DNA of 64,000 nt, from the NCBI GenBank assembly GCA_964016885.1, contig OZ024740.1, forward strand, positions 77,996,001-78,060,000. Reading direction: 5' to 3'. Shown in pieces: positions 39,691-51,770 of the stretch. Below the pieces are notes generated by a model that was not told where the DNA came from, did no database searches, and saw nothing but the letters and a program-made list of their open reading frames with translations. The translations under genes and the position numbers were made by a program. Positions within the stretch are counted from its first letter, which is position 1; every line of letters begins with the position of its first letter. This DNA comes from Eledone cirrhosa (taxonomy: Eukaryota).

Positions 39691-40322
39691 AGATTGCTAG
39701 CCTTGTGCCAAAAGTAGAAACAATTATTATTAAAGCAGAGTGATGAGAGTATATTTGTTTTGGTTCTTTCCCACTTAGTTCAGTTTAACCCTTTATTATT
39801 TTGGGATGGATCAACTAAGGTTCCAATCAAATACTGAAGTCAATTTAATTGACTAACTCCACATACTTTTCCTTGATAAGTTGGTCAATGTGATTTGGAA
39901 AAGCACATTTGCCCTTGGAAGTCAGAGTGACTGTGAGTCGATGGTGTTCCTCAATTAGCTTTAAGTATTCAGCTCTCAACACCAGGAGGTCTGAATGTCT
40001 TATGTAATTGTAGGCAGTGTCTACCTAATTTGTACACTATGTATACTTGTTACTTATTTCCTCTAATATCTAAGTAACTGCCCACCACCTTAATGTTGTA
40101 GTTTGTCTTGGTAATATCTTCATCTGATGCCATTGTGGCAAATAAAAGAAACCATCATTATTATCTTTACTTTTTGTCATCTATATGAAGATCTGAAACT
40201 AAAACTATTTACACATGCACACACCACACACCACACACACACACTGAGTAATCTCAGTAATATATAATATTGTCTCCTTTGGTATTGAGTACTGTTTCTT
40301 TGTGTTTGTAAACCCAAACATG

Positions 40323-40377
<55 letters not shown>

Positions 40378-40381
40378 TTGT

Positions 40382-40558
40382 GAATCCGGGGTAACCACAG
40401 TAAGTAATGTACTCAATACATTAGTAGAGTGTATACAACAAATTTAATATAGAAATGGCTTCTACAGAACTGTTTCATTCGAAGGAAATCATCCTGATGA
40501 TTTCCTTTGGATAAAACAGTTCTAGTCCTGTAGAAGCCATTTCTATATTAAATTTGTT
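40382..40558. mobile_element. Head-to-head Penelope-like cassette pair forming a ~120-bp fold-back (40437-40558) centred on a hammerhead core
   Basis: Arms aacaaatttaatatagaaatggcttctacag / ctgtagaagccatttctatattaaatttgtt; CTGATGA at 40494-40500; stem III CAG..CTG-TA; conserved tail on the minus strand at 40382-40436. Confidence 0.65.
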
Positions 40559-40655
40559 ATATATAGTTTGTTTATCCTATAGTGTCACTCAATCCCTGTC
40601 CTTGGGAACCAACAGAGATGTTTACCATCAATAATCTCTATTGTCTATATTTCAG

Positions 40656-40815
40656 ATGACGTATGGTGACAGCAGTGCTTCATTGAAACCCAACTGTGCC
40701 CATGATCTGTCCTTACTGAATCTGTCAGAAGCTTGTGATGATACACCACTCCAACCCCATCTTGGTACTATTCAAAAAGTACCTTCGATCTCTGACCTTT
40801 CTGAAGATAGTCAAG
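40656..40815 (+). CDS. ETS1: Next coding exon of the probable ETS1/2 gene (MTYGDSSASLKPNCAHDLSLLNLSEACDDTPLQPHLGTIQKVPSISDLSEDSQ + 1 nt)
   Basis: tttcAG acceptor (40654-40655), AAG|GTATGT donor at 40816, 160 nt, phase 0 to phase 1. QKVPSISDLS matches the motif that precedes the MAPK site (VPPLTP) and PNT domain in invertebrate Pointed-P2/Ets1/2 proteins. Confidence 0.75.
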
Positions 40816-41099
40816 GTATGTGTAACATTCTCTTTTACTTTGTCGTTCACATCTATTTATTTCTTGTTTTCTTTCATTCCTTTCCTCCGCAATCATGTCA
40901 TATTGTTGAATGTTATTGTCAGGTCTAATAAAGTAGACCTATGATCAATAAATAGTATTCCAGGCATGACCATCATGTCATTTTCCCAGATATACTGTAT
41001 TCTCCAATGTGTCTCTTCTTAAAGTCAGTAGGATGTGATTTGAGTCAGTTTGGGCTGCTATTTGTACAACCATATTGGGGGATCAACAAAGGTTCTTTT

Positions 41100-41470
41100 G
41101 CTGACCCAAGTATCTCCATCATTGGCTTAAGTGACCACAGTCTCTCTTGTTGGTTCAGGTCACCACACAGATGTTTGTTTGTTGGCTCAAATCACCACAG
41201 TCTTCTTTGTTCTTTCAAGTGACCAAATAGTTTCCTTTGTTGATTTGAGTGACCACAGTTTTCCTTGTTGGCTCAAGTGACCACATAAAGTCTCTCCCAT
41301 TTGCTCATGTGACTATAAAGAGCTACCATTTATTCATGTGACTGCATAGAGGCTCCCTCGTTGGCACAAGTCACCATGGCTTTCCACATTGGTTCATTGG
41401 CCTTAGTTACCAGCAAAAAAAATAGGATCCCTTGTTAACATGTGACCATATAAAGGCTGTTTTATTGGCT
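41100..41470. repeat. Degenerate ~30-bp tandem repeat (ttggctcaagtgaccacag...) expanded from the end of a family D repeat
   Basis: Repeated (c)aagtgacca / catgtgact cores directly after the family D copy at 40915-41100. Confidence 0.6.
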
Positions 41471-42162
41471 CTCTTATTTTATAGTTTTGTGTGTTTCTAC
41501 ATTGGTAGAGTTGTTAGAGAGTTAGATAGAAAACCTTACAATATTAGTACTAGCTGTCTGCACTTTCTACTTCAAATCCTACAGAGATCTACTTTGACTT
41601 TGATCCTTTTGATGTCAATTAAGAAAGTACCAACCCAGTGCTGGTGCCATCCTCTCTCTCTTTCTTTCTCTCTCTCTTATAAGCTATCAAATCCTGGATG
41701 TTGTGTTGGATCAAGGGTGGAAGAAAGGTTGTTTGTGTCTGCTCATGACTACATGAGCAACTGAAACAATTTATGAAGTATATTACATGCCTGTATGAAG
41801 TCATCCTTGACTGGAAGTAGATTTTTTTTTCCTGAGTATTTCTTGACAAGTCTTCATTGTTTCACCACCATTCAGTGTTCTTTGGGTGGTAGACAGAATC
41901 TGTCATCTGAGTTAGCTCCACCACCACCACGCCTTTGGGTGCCTTTAGAAGTTTGGAGATAACATCTTCCTTAACTCCTTCTCACCAATCTCAGAGGCCC
42001 TGAAAATCAGACTCATGGGTGTTGCCTTTCCTTCTCTGATTAAATGGTAAAAAATGGGATTACTTTATCTGGTATATTTATCCTTTTCTAATACAGTAGG
42101 ATAAAATTTGAATTAGATGTGATTGAAATTGTAGCAGGCCAAGCAATCTAGGTAGATAAATA

Positions 42163-42196
<34 letters not shown>

Positions 42197-42267
42197 GGAG
42201 ACAGGGAAAGTCATTTTCAAATACGAAAACAGATAAAGGTAAGTGAAGAAATTTGGTTTTATTTCCA

Positions 42268-42377
<110 letters not shown>

Positions 42378-42649
42378 ATATGGGCAGATTTGTTGCATAG
42401 ATTCATTGAATTGGTAGATTGCATATAGATGGGTAGAAAGAAAAATAGATAGATATATATATAAATACAGGCATCCCAAGCATTGCAGAAGTTTTGCATT
42501 CCTGAAAATAGGGCCATAACGCATAATTCTGTAACATGAGACTTATTTTCTCATTAACTTTCATGTTATAAATTGAGAAGCTCCCAAATGGAATTTTGTT
42601 TGGTTTTTGATGAAAAGAAACAAAACTAAACAAAAATACCCAATACAAC

Positions 42650-43250
42650 CACTATTATGCAAGAAAATAACAATTTTTAAACATATACAGGACTTTGTAT
42701 GTATACATAGAAACATTTGTAAAGAAATGCTTTAGGGAATAAATAAGGATTATAATATAATGGGGTACATTCTTACCACAAAACTATTGACTACTATTTG
42801 AGGGATGTTAGTGTAATGGGAATTATTGGAAGGAATAAGGGACAAAGATCTTTTGCCTTGTATTTCGTTATCATCAATATCTGCTGGAAGTGTGAAGAAC
42901 TCTTCCAAAGTTATTTGGTATTTGTACAACTCAGTGTAGGAACTATGCTCATTATGGACTAACTCTATTTGTAATTTTTATGTTACATTCACAATTAGTA
43001 TCATTATCAGCCAAAACCTTGCAGACTTTCCGCTATCAGTGGCAACCTTTGTGCAAAATTTTTTGCTGTCAACTTAAGTGTAGTTCTTCACTAGACAAAC
43101 TTTATGGGACTTTAGGAATCCAACTCTGAGATTTTGCACAGACTTCAAACTTTAATTAAACATCAAGCTTATTATCTTTAAAACACTTTTTTCTACTACT
43201 GTTACTTGATAGCTTTTTTTAAATCTGCTTCATTAAGGGTAATATAATAA
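42650..43250 (-). pseudogene. Decayed Penelope-like RT remnant
   Basis: Minus-strand fragments such as RKVCKVLADNDTNCECNIKITN resemble PLE RT (IFK.N.L.IT.ECN.K..NFLD); many stops. Confidence 0.4.
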
Positions 43251-43639
43251 ATAGATACTGCTACAGCCTGGGCTTCAAAGGCCCCCAGCTCTTTAATAAG
43301 CTGTCAAAAAACCTGATGGTGTGGATGTAGATGTGTTGAAGACACAACCCAATATTCTGTTAACTATGATTCCTGAGCAACCCATAACACAAGTAGCAGC
43401 TACCCTTTTAGATAAATGACCAACCAAGAAAGGCTGGCTATAGAAAGTGTAGTGACAATGTTGGTGCCTCAGCAGAGCCTCAGTCAGAAGACTGGGGAAG
43501 GAAAAAGAGTATCTGTATATCAAACAGCAAGAGCAATATAAAGTGTGATACTAATAAGACTTTTTGTACCTCTGTTTGTTATCTCCTTGAACTACACACA
43601 CACACGCACGCACACACATACCAAGTCCAAAACATTTGG

Positions 43640-44015
43640 CACTCTTGTTAGGAAGTGCACTAGCAGCCGAAGTTTTTGGATCTAATTGGACCCTCATCAG
43701 AAGACGCTAATTATATGCAAATTAGTATGTCCATTTCAGAATAATACTAAGAGTAAATGGGTATATATATATATCCATCAAGTACATGTTTCCTTGTAGT
43801 TGATTGGATGATACACACGTATCTGATGAGGATTCAATAAGATCCGGAAATCGGTTAAATATGTTTGTCATTTTTTCAATTTACAGGTATTTTCGTATTT
43901 TCTGGCATGCTTGCACATCCACCTATTAGATATGTGTATATATTTCTCGGTTACACACTCTGTATTTATACAATAACTTTATTATAAACTTCGGCTGCTA
44001 GCACACTTCTTACTA
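43640..44015. mobile_element. Divergent pair of Penelope-like terminal fragments with decayed hammerhead cores
   Basis: Minus core CTGATGA-GGGTCCaattaGATCC-aaaaac (about 43670-43700); plus core CTGATGA-GGATTCaataaGATCC-gGAAA (43823-43850); aacttcggctgctag repeated at 43987. Confidence 0.5.
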
Positions 44016-44219
44016 TAGACATATAATCTCGGGTCCCAAATAATAGGGAGTGGGGAATAAGTGGAGGTGTTCGAAAACCTGTAATTTTTCTAGGTTGTCT
44101 CCTTTGATTTTTTTTAGAAACCAGAAGTAGTCGTTTAGTTGAGAGAGGAAGGAATACAGTGAGAGAGAGAGACAGGCAGATATCAACATAGTAACTAACT
44201 ATATAGCAAGTGACGCTTT

Positions 44220-44361
44220 CCCGTCGACACTCCCAACTTGTCGCCAACCGTTGTTGCGGGCTTGCGTGTTGGTTACTCGAGACACCGTTTGTCAACCGAG
44301 ACGTTTTATGTCCGGAAAAAATGTTCGTGATGAGAGACGTCCGTGAACCGAAGTTCCACTG
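44220..44361 (+). mobile_element. Tigger/pogo-like right end
   Basis: Ends ...cgtgaaccgaagttccactg|TA. Confidence 0.55.
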
Positions 44362-44753
44362 TATTTAGTGAGGTGAGGTGAGGAAGGTGGCTAGAAAAAG
44401 ACTGATATACTATAAGACCTATAACTATCAAAGGCCAAACCCACATTAATACTTAGAAAAGTTCGTAAAAAGGAAGGAGTGTAGGGAGTTGGTGGGGAAG
44501 AGGTTGGTTGTCTTACAGAGTTAATTAACAGTGGTGTGTGATGACCTCCTTTATAGCTTAAAGTGGTCAAGAACTGTGTTTACAATAACCACATACCGCC
44601 AACATCTAGCACAATATCAAGCCCATTGTCCACTGGGAGACGAAAGGGGTGGGTGTGTGTGAAGACTTTATTTATAGACATTTAAACAACCAAATAGCGT
44701 TACAGACTCAAAATGTCATCTTTAGAGCAAACATATCTTCAACAAATTGAGTA

Positions 44754-45045
44754 CAGTGTACCCCGGCATTCGCGGTTCCGGTTATTCGCGGAACTTCCCT
44801 TAGAATCTAACTAATAATTGTTCGCGGAATCGTAAATATCTTCCGTGATTTTTTTATGGCTTTTTTCTGTGGCAATATATATATTTTCACGCTTTTTAAC
44901 GCTAAATATATACCGTGTTTGCCGGCCTATATTTTACGTTGTTTTGATGTTTATAGGCATTTTTATGGACCATCCAATATTTGCGATTTTTCACTCTTCG
45001 CGGGTGCTCTAGAAACGTAACCCCGTGAATACTAGGGGACAACTG
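44754..45045. mobile_element. Tc1/pogo-type MITE
   Basis: TA|CAGTGTACCCCGGCATTCGCGG ... CCGTGAATACTAGGGGACAACTG|TA; imperfect TIRs with TA TSD. Confidence 0.75.
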
Positions 45046-45884
45046 TATTCCAAATCCGAATCCGGAGCTTTCTCACTCATGTTGGAAGAACCCCTCTCAG
45101 GTTGACATCCACTGCTTCTTATCTCTGGCCACACTGGGACATGTAGGGCTGAGCTGCAGTTTCACATCTTCAATGACAAACTCCACCACCACTGCCACCA
45201 CTATCACTAACCATTATCTCTACTGCCACGTCCACCGGTAACTACTACCATTATAATTTCACTACCACCACTACTAATACTACTACTACCGACGACAACC
45301 ACTCTATCTCTGCCACCACTACCACCATCACTACAATCACCAAACCCAGTCACAACCTCCTGTGTCACTCCCACCATCACTAATCTTTCTTCACCAACGT
45401 CACTATCTCACACTACTATCACCATCTTGACCAGTAGGAAGAAGGACACCGGTTGGGGGAGGGGGGTTTCCTTTCAACCCTCAGCCTCACACATCAGAAT
45501 TAGTGAAAGAGTGGAGTGGTGAGATCAACAGTTCTCTACACCACCATCACCATCATCGTCGCCATCACCACCAACACTATGTCAGCCTATCTCCTTGAGT
45601 GGTAGTGGTAGCGATGGTAGAGAGAGACAGGCAAGAACACTTGTACCTGTTTTCGTCACGTTCCCTCACCTCACCATGCTATATTTTGAGGTGGCGGTGG
45701 TGTGGAGCTGGAAACAAGGGTTTCCACTATCATCCCCTACCTCCGGTCATGTCACTATCTTTTAATGTGATGGTGGCGGTGGTGGAAGTGGGAGGTCACA
45801 TTGCCTGGTCTCTTTACTATGATTAGCCCCTTCTTCCATCATGTCACTCGTTCTCCCAAGGCAGTGGTGGGGGAGGCAAAAAAG

Positions 45885-46362
45885 AAAGAGTCTTACCACC
45901 ACCACCCTATCACCTAAGGTGGTGGTGGTGAGAGGGATTTCTCACCACCACCATTACTCTATCACCTAAGGTGGTGTGGTGAGAGAGTGTGTCTCACTGT
46001 CACCACATTACCCTATCCTGTTATGGTGATGGTGGTGAGAGAGAGGGCGGACTTCTCACCACCACCATCACCATAACAGGATAGGGTAATGCGGTGGTGG
46101 TGAGAAGTCCCCCCTCTCTCTCTCTCACCACCATCACCATAACAGGATAGGGTAATGCGGTGGTGGTGAGAGAGAGGGGGGACTTCCGCCACCACATTAC
46201 CCTATCCTGTTATGGTGATGGTGGTGGTGAGAGAGAGAGGGGGGACTTCTCACTACCACCGCCACCACATTACCCTATCTCTTAAGGTGACGGTGAGAAA
46301 GAAGGGTCTCACCACCACTACACATCACTACATACCCATCTCCTAAGGTAGTAGTGAGAGAA
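45885..46362. repeat. Cluster of ~50-65-bp hairpin-like units in mixed orientation
   Basis: ccacattaccctatcctgttatggtgatggtggtgagagagaggg forward near 46002 and 46192; its reverse complement near 46055 and 46120. Confidence 0.8.
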
Positions 46363-46854
46363 AGAGAAGGTCTATCTTCCTCTACTTTTGTTTTTTCACC
46401 ATTAAAACCCGTTGTCTCTCAGAAAAAAATAGGGGGACATGAAGATTGTTTTCAATTTTAGTGGCAAAAGACAAAGAGGTAATTAGGTGTTGTGGGGGGG
46501 GGGGGGGATACATTTCTTTGTAGAGATTAAATCTGGCTAACACCTCTCTCTAATCAAGTAACAGTCAAATTTAGTCTAGGAGTCATCTTCACTCTTGACC
46601 TCTCTCTGTGTTTATGACACACAGCAGCAGAGTTTCGGCTGTAAATGTATGTAAAATGTATGGTATGGTGTGGTGTGTGTGTGTGGTGGAGTGTCACGTT
46701 TGTGTGATCTATACAGTTTTTATGTGTGAATGTATGGTGTGTTGTGCTGTATGTGTTCTGTGGTGTGTTTAACACCAGGTCAGTCCTGACCTAGCGAAAC
46801 TCTGAGTAGCATCAGAACCATACAATAGATAATTTGACTGCACAAAATTATTTA

Positions 46855-47184
46855 CTCTCGGGTCTCGAATAATTGTCCCCACCCCGCTTATTAATTTTTG
46901 CTAATCTATCCGCGGCGAAATTTTAGTTTAAGTGGTAACATTTCTGCAACAATTAATTTTCTTTATACATCAAAATACATTATAAATGACAGAAGAGTAC
47001 ATTACTAGAAACCCCATACGTTATAAAATAAATAGAATGGGTTGAGGGGGGGGGGGGGGTCCTCAATGTGTAAACGAAACGACTAATTCTGGTTTGAAAA
47101 AAAAAACCAACAGAGACAACCTAGGAAAATTATCGATCCCCTCCCCGCTTATTCCACCTCCAACCATTATTTGGGACTCGAGAG
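46855..47184. mobile_element. TA-flanked MITE (Tc1/mariner-pogo type)
   Basis: TA|CTCTCGGGTCTCGAATAAT ... ATTATTTGGGACTCGAGAG|TA; second copy at 63134-63512 and a single end near 44027. Confidence 0.8.
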
Positions 47185-47335
47185 TAAGGACCCCCTCCCC
47201 CAATAAATTGTTTACCTCCTTCAGGGCCCAAGTAAGGGACTTCATAACTTAACTAACACAGGGCCTCATTTGTCCTAATTTCGGCACTAGTTATGAAGTT
47301 CCCAATGTTCATGTTTGCATTGAAATGATTTATAT

Positions 47336-47550
47336 CAGGCATGTCAAACTGAGGGTCACATATGTGTTGTCTGAGGGCCACATGGGTGATATATGTGTTG
47401 TCTCAGGCCACCCACGGCAACTAATTGCGCACATTACAACTAATTTTACGGAGATAAAACATGCTCGCCCTGTAAAAATCTTTGTACGGGCCGCAGGTGT
47501 GCTTGTAAATGGCCGCATGTAGCCCGCGGGCCGCATGTTAGACATGCCTG
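47336..47550. mobile_element. hAT (Charlie-like) MITE
   Basis: TIRs CAGGCATGTCAAAC / GTTAGACATGCCTG; 8-bp TSD atttatat / atctatat. Confidence 0.85.
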
Positions 47551-47589
47551 ATCTATATATCACATTGTTCATTTGCAGTATGTTCTGTG

Positions 47590-49320
47590 GTGTGTTTTTG
47601 TAGTTAGGGTCGATAATGAGACGTGTCCATTCTTTCATCATTCTATAACCAGGGTCCATTTGGTTCTTTTAGTTAGGATACGAAATGTGTGGGTTGTATA
47701 TCTTTTCCCGGCGCTACTTCTGTTCTATAAGTGTGGCTAGATTTATTCTATGTCTGGCTCTATTAATGGGTTGGGATAACAATTATTAACTAATGTTTAT
47801 TTTACACGTGAGATTTCTATATTTAAATCGTTGTCCTGAGCGGATGAGAATTTAAAAGCTCGTCTTACGACGGTTTTTAACTACAGATATTTTGTATCAA
47901 CCACCGTACTCGCTATCTGCACACCATGCACATGCCTGCGTGTTAATTGTATCAGCAGAAGTGTTGTATTAGTTACTCCTAATTTCATCGTTTCAGCCCC
48001 AGAATGGTGTGTTATTCTGGACTGTCTGTATTGGTGCTGCTATGTTGGATGGGTAGTAAATGTTAAAACAGAATATGAATAAATATCATTTAACAAATTT
48101 CACTTGGGTTATACGTATTATTATTAATGGCCTTTTACGTTCTGAGTTCAAATCTCACCGAGGTTAGCTTTGCCTTTTATCCTTACGGGGTCGATAAAAT
48201 AGAATACCGGTCACACACTGGGGTCGATAAAAAAAAGTACCGGTCACACACTGGGATCGATATAATCGACTTTCCCCTCCCCTAAAAAATTGTTGGCCTT
48301 GTGCCTAATGTAGACAGAATTATTATGTTCGCAATAAAAAGGAGGAAAGAAAAAGAAAAAAAAACAAATAGCGAAAGTAAGGGAAATGTGTGTGTGTCGG
48401 TGGGGGGTAGACTACACTACAGTCTAGGCAGTATATCACAAAATGGTGAAGGCATTGTCGCAAAAAACAACCAGTGACACCCACTGTATCAGCCACTCCA
48501 CCGCACTTAGCTCCTTCTTCAGGCAGGATACACACCTCTCGATTTTGCGAAGGCAAATGACAGTTCGGAAACCGAGGAAACGAGAGATCTCTACGGTGAC
48601 TGGCTCTAAAAGTAGGCAGTCTGTCAAGTCCCCTCCTTCATGTAAAGAGCGGTAGTGCCCTTTAAACTCCAGTTCATCATTAACGGCGATCGGTTTGTTC
48701 ATCAGTGTCCAGTCACAACAGACATGCCGGATGTATATGGTGGGGTGCGTGTTTAGAGACAACTACATATTTCCATTTTAGAGATGTAAAACAACACGAA
48801 TCTAGGCTCGAGTTCATAGTCCCAACGCCCTCCTGTATGTAGAGGCTACCTTGTGAAGAACTGAACGGAACCTCAGTTATACATGCCAACAGTAACCCTT
48901 TCATGATATTTCTAGATATACCCGGGTTGGGAGTGGAGTTAATGTTTGGTATCTATATAACGTTGTCAAGGATTTTATTTATTGCTTCAATCACTGGGAA
49001 GTTAATGGAAATGCTTTCGATGGCCATAGTGGAAATGTTGTCAACTTTATCAATTTGTGTAGGATTTCGCAGAATTCTTATGGTAATCCTATTCTATAAC
49101 GATCTGGCATGTATGTCTTAATGGCGTCCAGTCGGTTAGTAATTCTGTGTTTAGGTATACTGATAAGAAAGATTATTAGTCGGAGAGGGTTATTTGTCTT
49201 AATTGTGCCATAGAGTAGATGTGTGCAGGGCAAGCTCTCCTTTAATGTGTTCGAAGTGGCGGCATCATAATAAAAAAATTGCGAAAAATCTTTAATAAAA
49301 ATGATCAAGTTGTAGCACAG
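47590..49320 (-). pseudogene. Decayed Penelope-like element RT region, interrupted by a SINE
   Basis: Minus-strand fragments LYGTIKTNNPLRLII (YG..K.HK...PLRPII), INFPVIEAINKILDNV, RNIMKGLLLACITEVPFSSSQGSLYIQEGVGTMNSSL (Y.Q..G.AMGS.L) and KNQMDPGYRM, in PLE order. Confidence 0.75.
48128..48325 (+). mobile_element. SINE family A inserted in the Penelope remnant
   Basis: gagttcaaatctcaccgagg...ggggtcgataaaa (internally duplicated)...ccttgtgcctaatgtag. Confidence 0.8.
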
Positions 49321-49471
49321 TCATGTTTTCAATATATATATATATATTTCTTTAGGTTTGTTCACCGGATTCATACTGAACCCGGTCATTGAAATTATCA
49401 TAGTATAATAAACCTTTCAAGGATTTACACCAGTCCAGCCTCCTGTTATTTTATTTTATATATATATATAT

Positions 49472-49550
49472 AGGGTATATCCCCCCAAATACACATATTT
49501 ATTAGAATGCTGTTGAAGTGTGTATACATTTTTGGGGCGGATACCCTGTA
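49472..49550. mobile_element. Small Tc1-type MITE (relative at 55971-56071)
   Basis: Shared core atatttattagaatgctgttgaagtgtgtatacattttt..accctg; CAGGGT-type ends. Confidence 0.55.
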
Positions 49551-49755
49551 TATATATAGCATTTAAACAAATTCTGTCTGTCGAGACTTCCTTTCGTTTG
49601 TACAGAACACACATACACACACACACACATTTGCATGAGTATATGCCCAGCTCTGGGAAGTAACTCGAACTGCTAGAAATAGCAACTAAATCTATCTAAA
49701 AATACCATACAGTCTTTAAAAAAAAAGACACGTTTCATCGTTACTAACACAAAAT

Positions 49756-49908
49756 GGCTGTGGTCAAGAAATTCGCTTTGCAGCCACATAATTTCTGGTT
49801 CAGCTCTACTGCGTGGCACTTCGGACAAGTGACTTCTACTATAACCTCCAGTTGGTCAATGTTTTGTACATGAAATTTTGTTGATGGGAACTGTACAGAA
49901 GCCCGCCT
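49756..49908 (+). mobile_element. tRNA-derived SINE (family C)
   Basis: ggctgtggtcaagaaattcgc...ggttcagctctactgcgtggcacttcggacaagtgacttctactata; fragments on the minus strand near 21960 and 22320. Confidence 0.65.
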
Positions 49909-51454
49909 TTCATCAATGGTTTCCTCGATCACGGCTAAGATGGTCTTAAATAACTAAAGCATATTGTACATATCAACTCTTAAAATAATTTCTTTTCCAA
50001 ATCACTTTGGTACCAATTTACTGCACACAAGGGAGTAGTAGTAGTAGTAGTAGTGGTGGTGGTGGTAGTAGTAGTGGTGGTCGTCGTGGTGTACTGTTAT
50101 TATTATCCACTCCTACTCCCACTCCACTATCTCTCTTCACCTCATCCCCCACTTTCTCTACCACCTCTCCCTCGACTTTCTTTACCACTTTCTCTCACAC
50201 ATTCCTCTTTTCTCTCTCTCTCTCTCTCTCTCTCTACCACCACCACCACCTCTCCATCCTTAAGCTAGCGGCAAAGTTTTGTTAGCATGAAAGGAAGTTT
50301 GTCTTCACTTTGATCTTTGTTTATTTACTCAGTGTAGTCTTCCTCATTTCTGTGAGTGTATGTGTGCATCTATAGGTGTCTGTATGTGTGCATCTATAGG
50401 TGTCTGTATGTGTGCGTCTATAGGTGTATGTATGTGTGCGTCTATAGGTGTCTGTATGTGTCTACTTGTATTCTGTACGAACAGTCTTGTACGATTGTTT
50501 TTGTGTTATAGCCTTTTTGCACGTCTCTGATATTATATATATATATATTTGTGTGTGTGTCTGTTTGTATGTATCTTTTATGTGTATGTATTTGTTAGAA
50601 TGTCTTTGTATACATGTGTATATGTATTTGTTAGCATGTCTTTGTATACGTGTGTGTTTGTTAGTATGTCTTTCTATGTCTGTGTGCGCGTGTTTTTCTC
50701 TTTGTCATAGTACATGTGAATTTGTTTATTTTTACGTGTGTTTTGCATATATCCAAAAAGCAAGAAAGGGGCGGCTTCTATGGAATATAGATGCGCGCTC
50801 ACACACACAGTAACGAATTAGTGGGAAGAGGCTGACTAGGTATTGTCAAGGGCCCCCACAATATTTAAAGGGACCTCAAATTAATATATTTGCTACCATA
50901 AATAATACATACGTAGCTCGATGAAATTTACAGCTAGAAGTTGATGCTAGTATAATCTGCCCTGGAGGTGCTATACGTACAGTGTTGACCCTCCGTCTGT
51001 GCCGACGACGAGTGTTCCAACTGATTCGAACAACGTAACAACCTGCTCATTAGATAGATAGAGAGAGAGAGGTCGGCCTGTGTTGGTAATGGAGTCAGCT
51101 AAATTTCACCTTTCAAATGTATATGCTGGAAGTTTTTATTCTTGCGATTTCAATCCAAGTTTTTTTTTCTATTTTTTCAAATATGTACTGCAAATAAATA
51201 TAATAAAATAAAACAAACAATCACAAAGATAAGTTCCACACTCTCGGGGTTAAGTAGGATATCTCAGCGGACAAGATAACAAAAGCGTTGCCCCAAAGAA
51301 CCCCCAAGCGATACCTTCCTCATCAGTCATCCCACAGGCGCGTTACACTTATCTGATTTCACATTTTCTTCAACTGCAGGATGATTTTATATTATATGAC
51401 GGAAAAGAATGGGTCTTTGGCGTAACATTACTCAACAGAGTGCGTAGCTTGATC

Positions 51455-51770
51455 AGTGAGTCACTCCAGGTAGAGCCAATACTTCTTTGAATTGAAGGAT
51501 CTCAGCTCCAACACTACGGACATGTGGTTATAGCAAAGAATTGCTGGACAGATTTTAGGGGCAAAAATCAGCCGGCAGGAGGCCCAGGGGTAGACCCCGA
51601 ATAAGATGGTTGGATAACACCCATGAGCTCGTCTGGTTCTATTTGGGGATCCAGTCGGATCAACTGGAAACGGTTGTTTCCGTCAGGACCAGCTGGATGG
51701 CATGTTTGAGGACTCTGCTGCTACGACCCTCCCAGGAATAAGCAGGCAAAGAAGAAGAAAACATAAGAAG
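51455..51770 (+). mobile_element. RTE-like 3' end (GAA-tail family)
   Basis: Homologous to 1270-1587. Confidence 0.7.
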
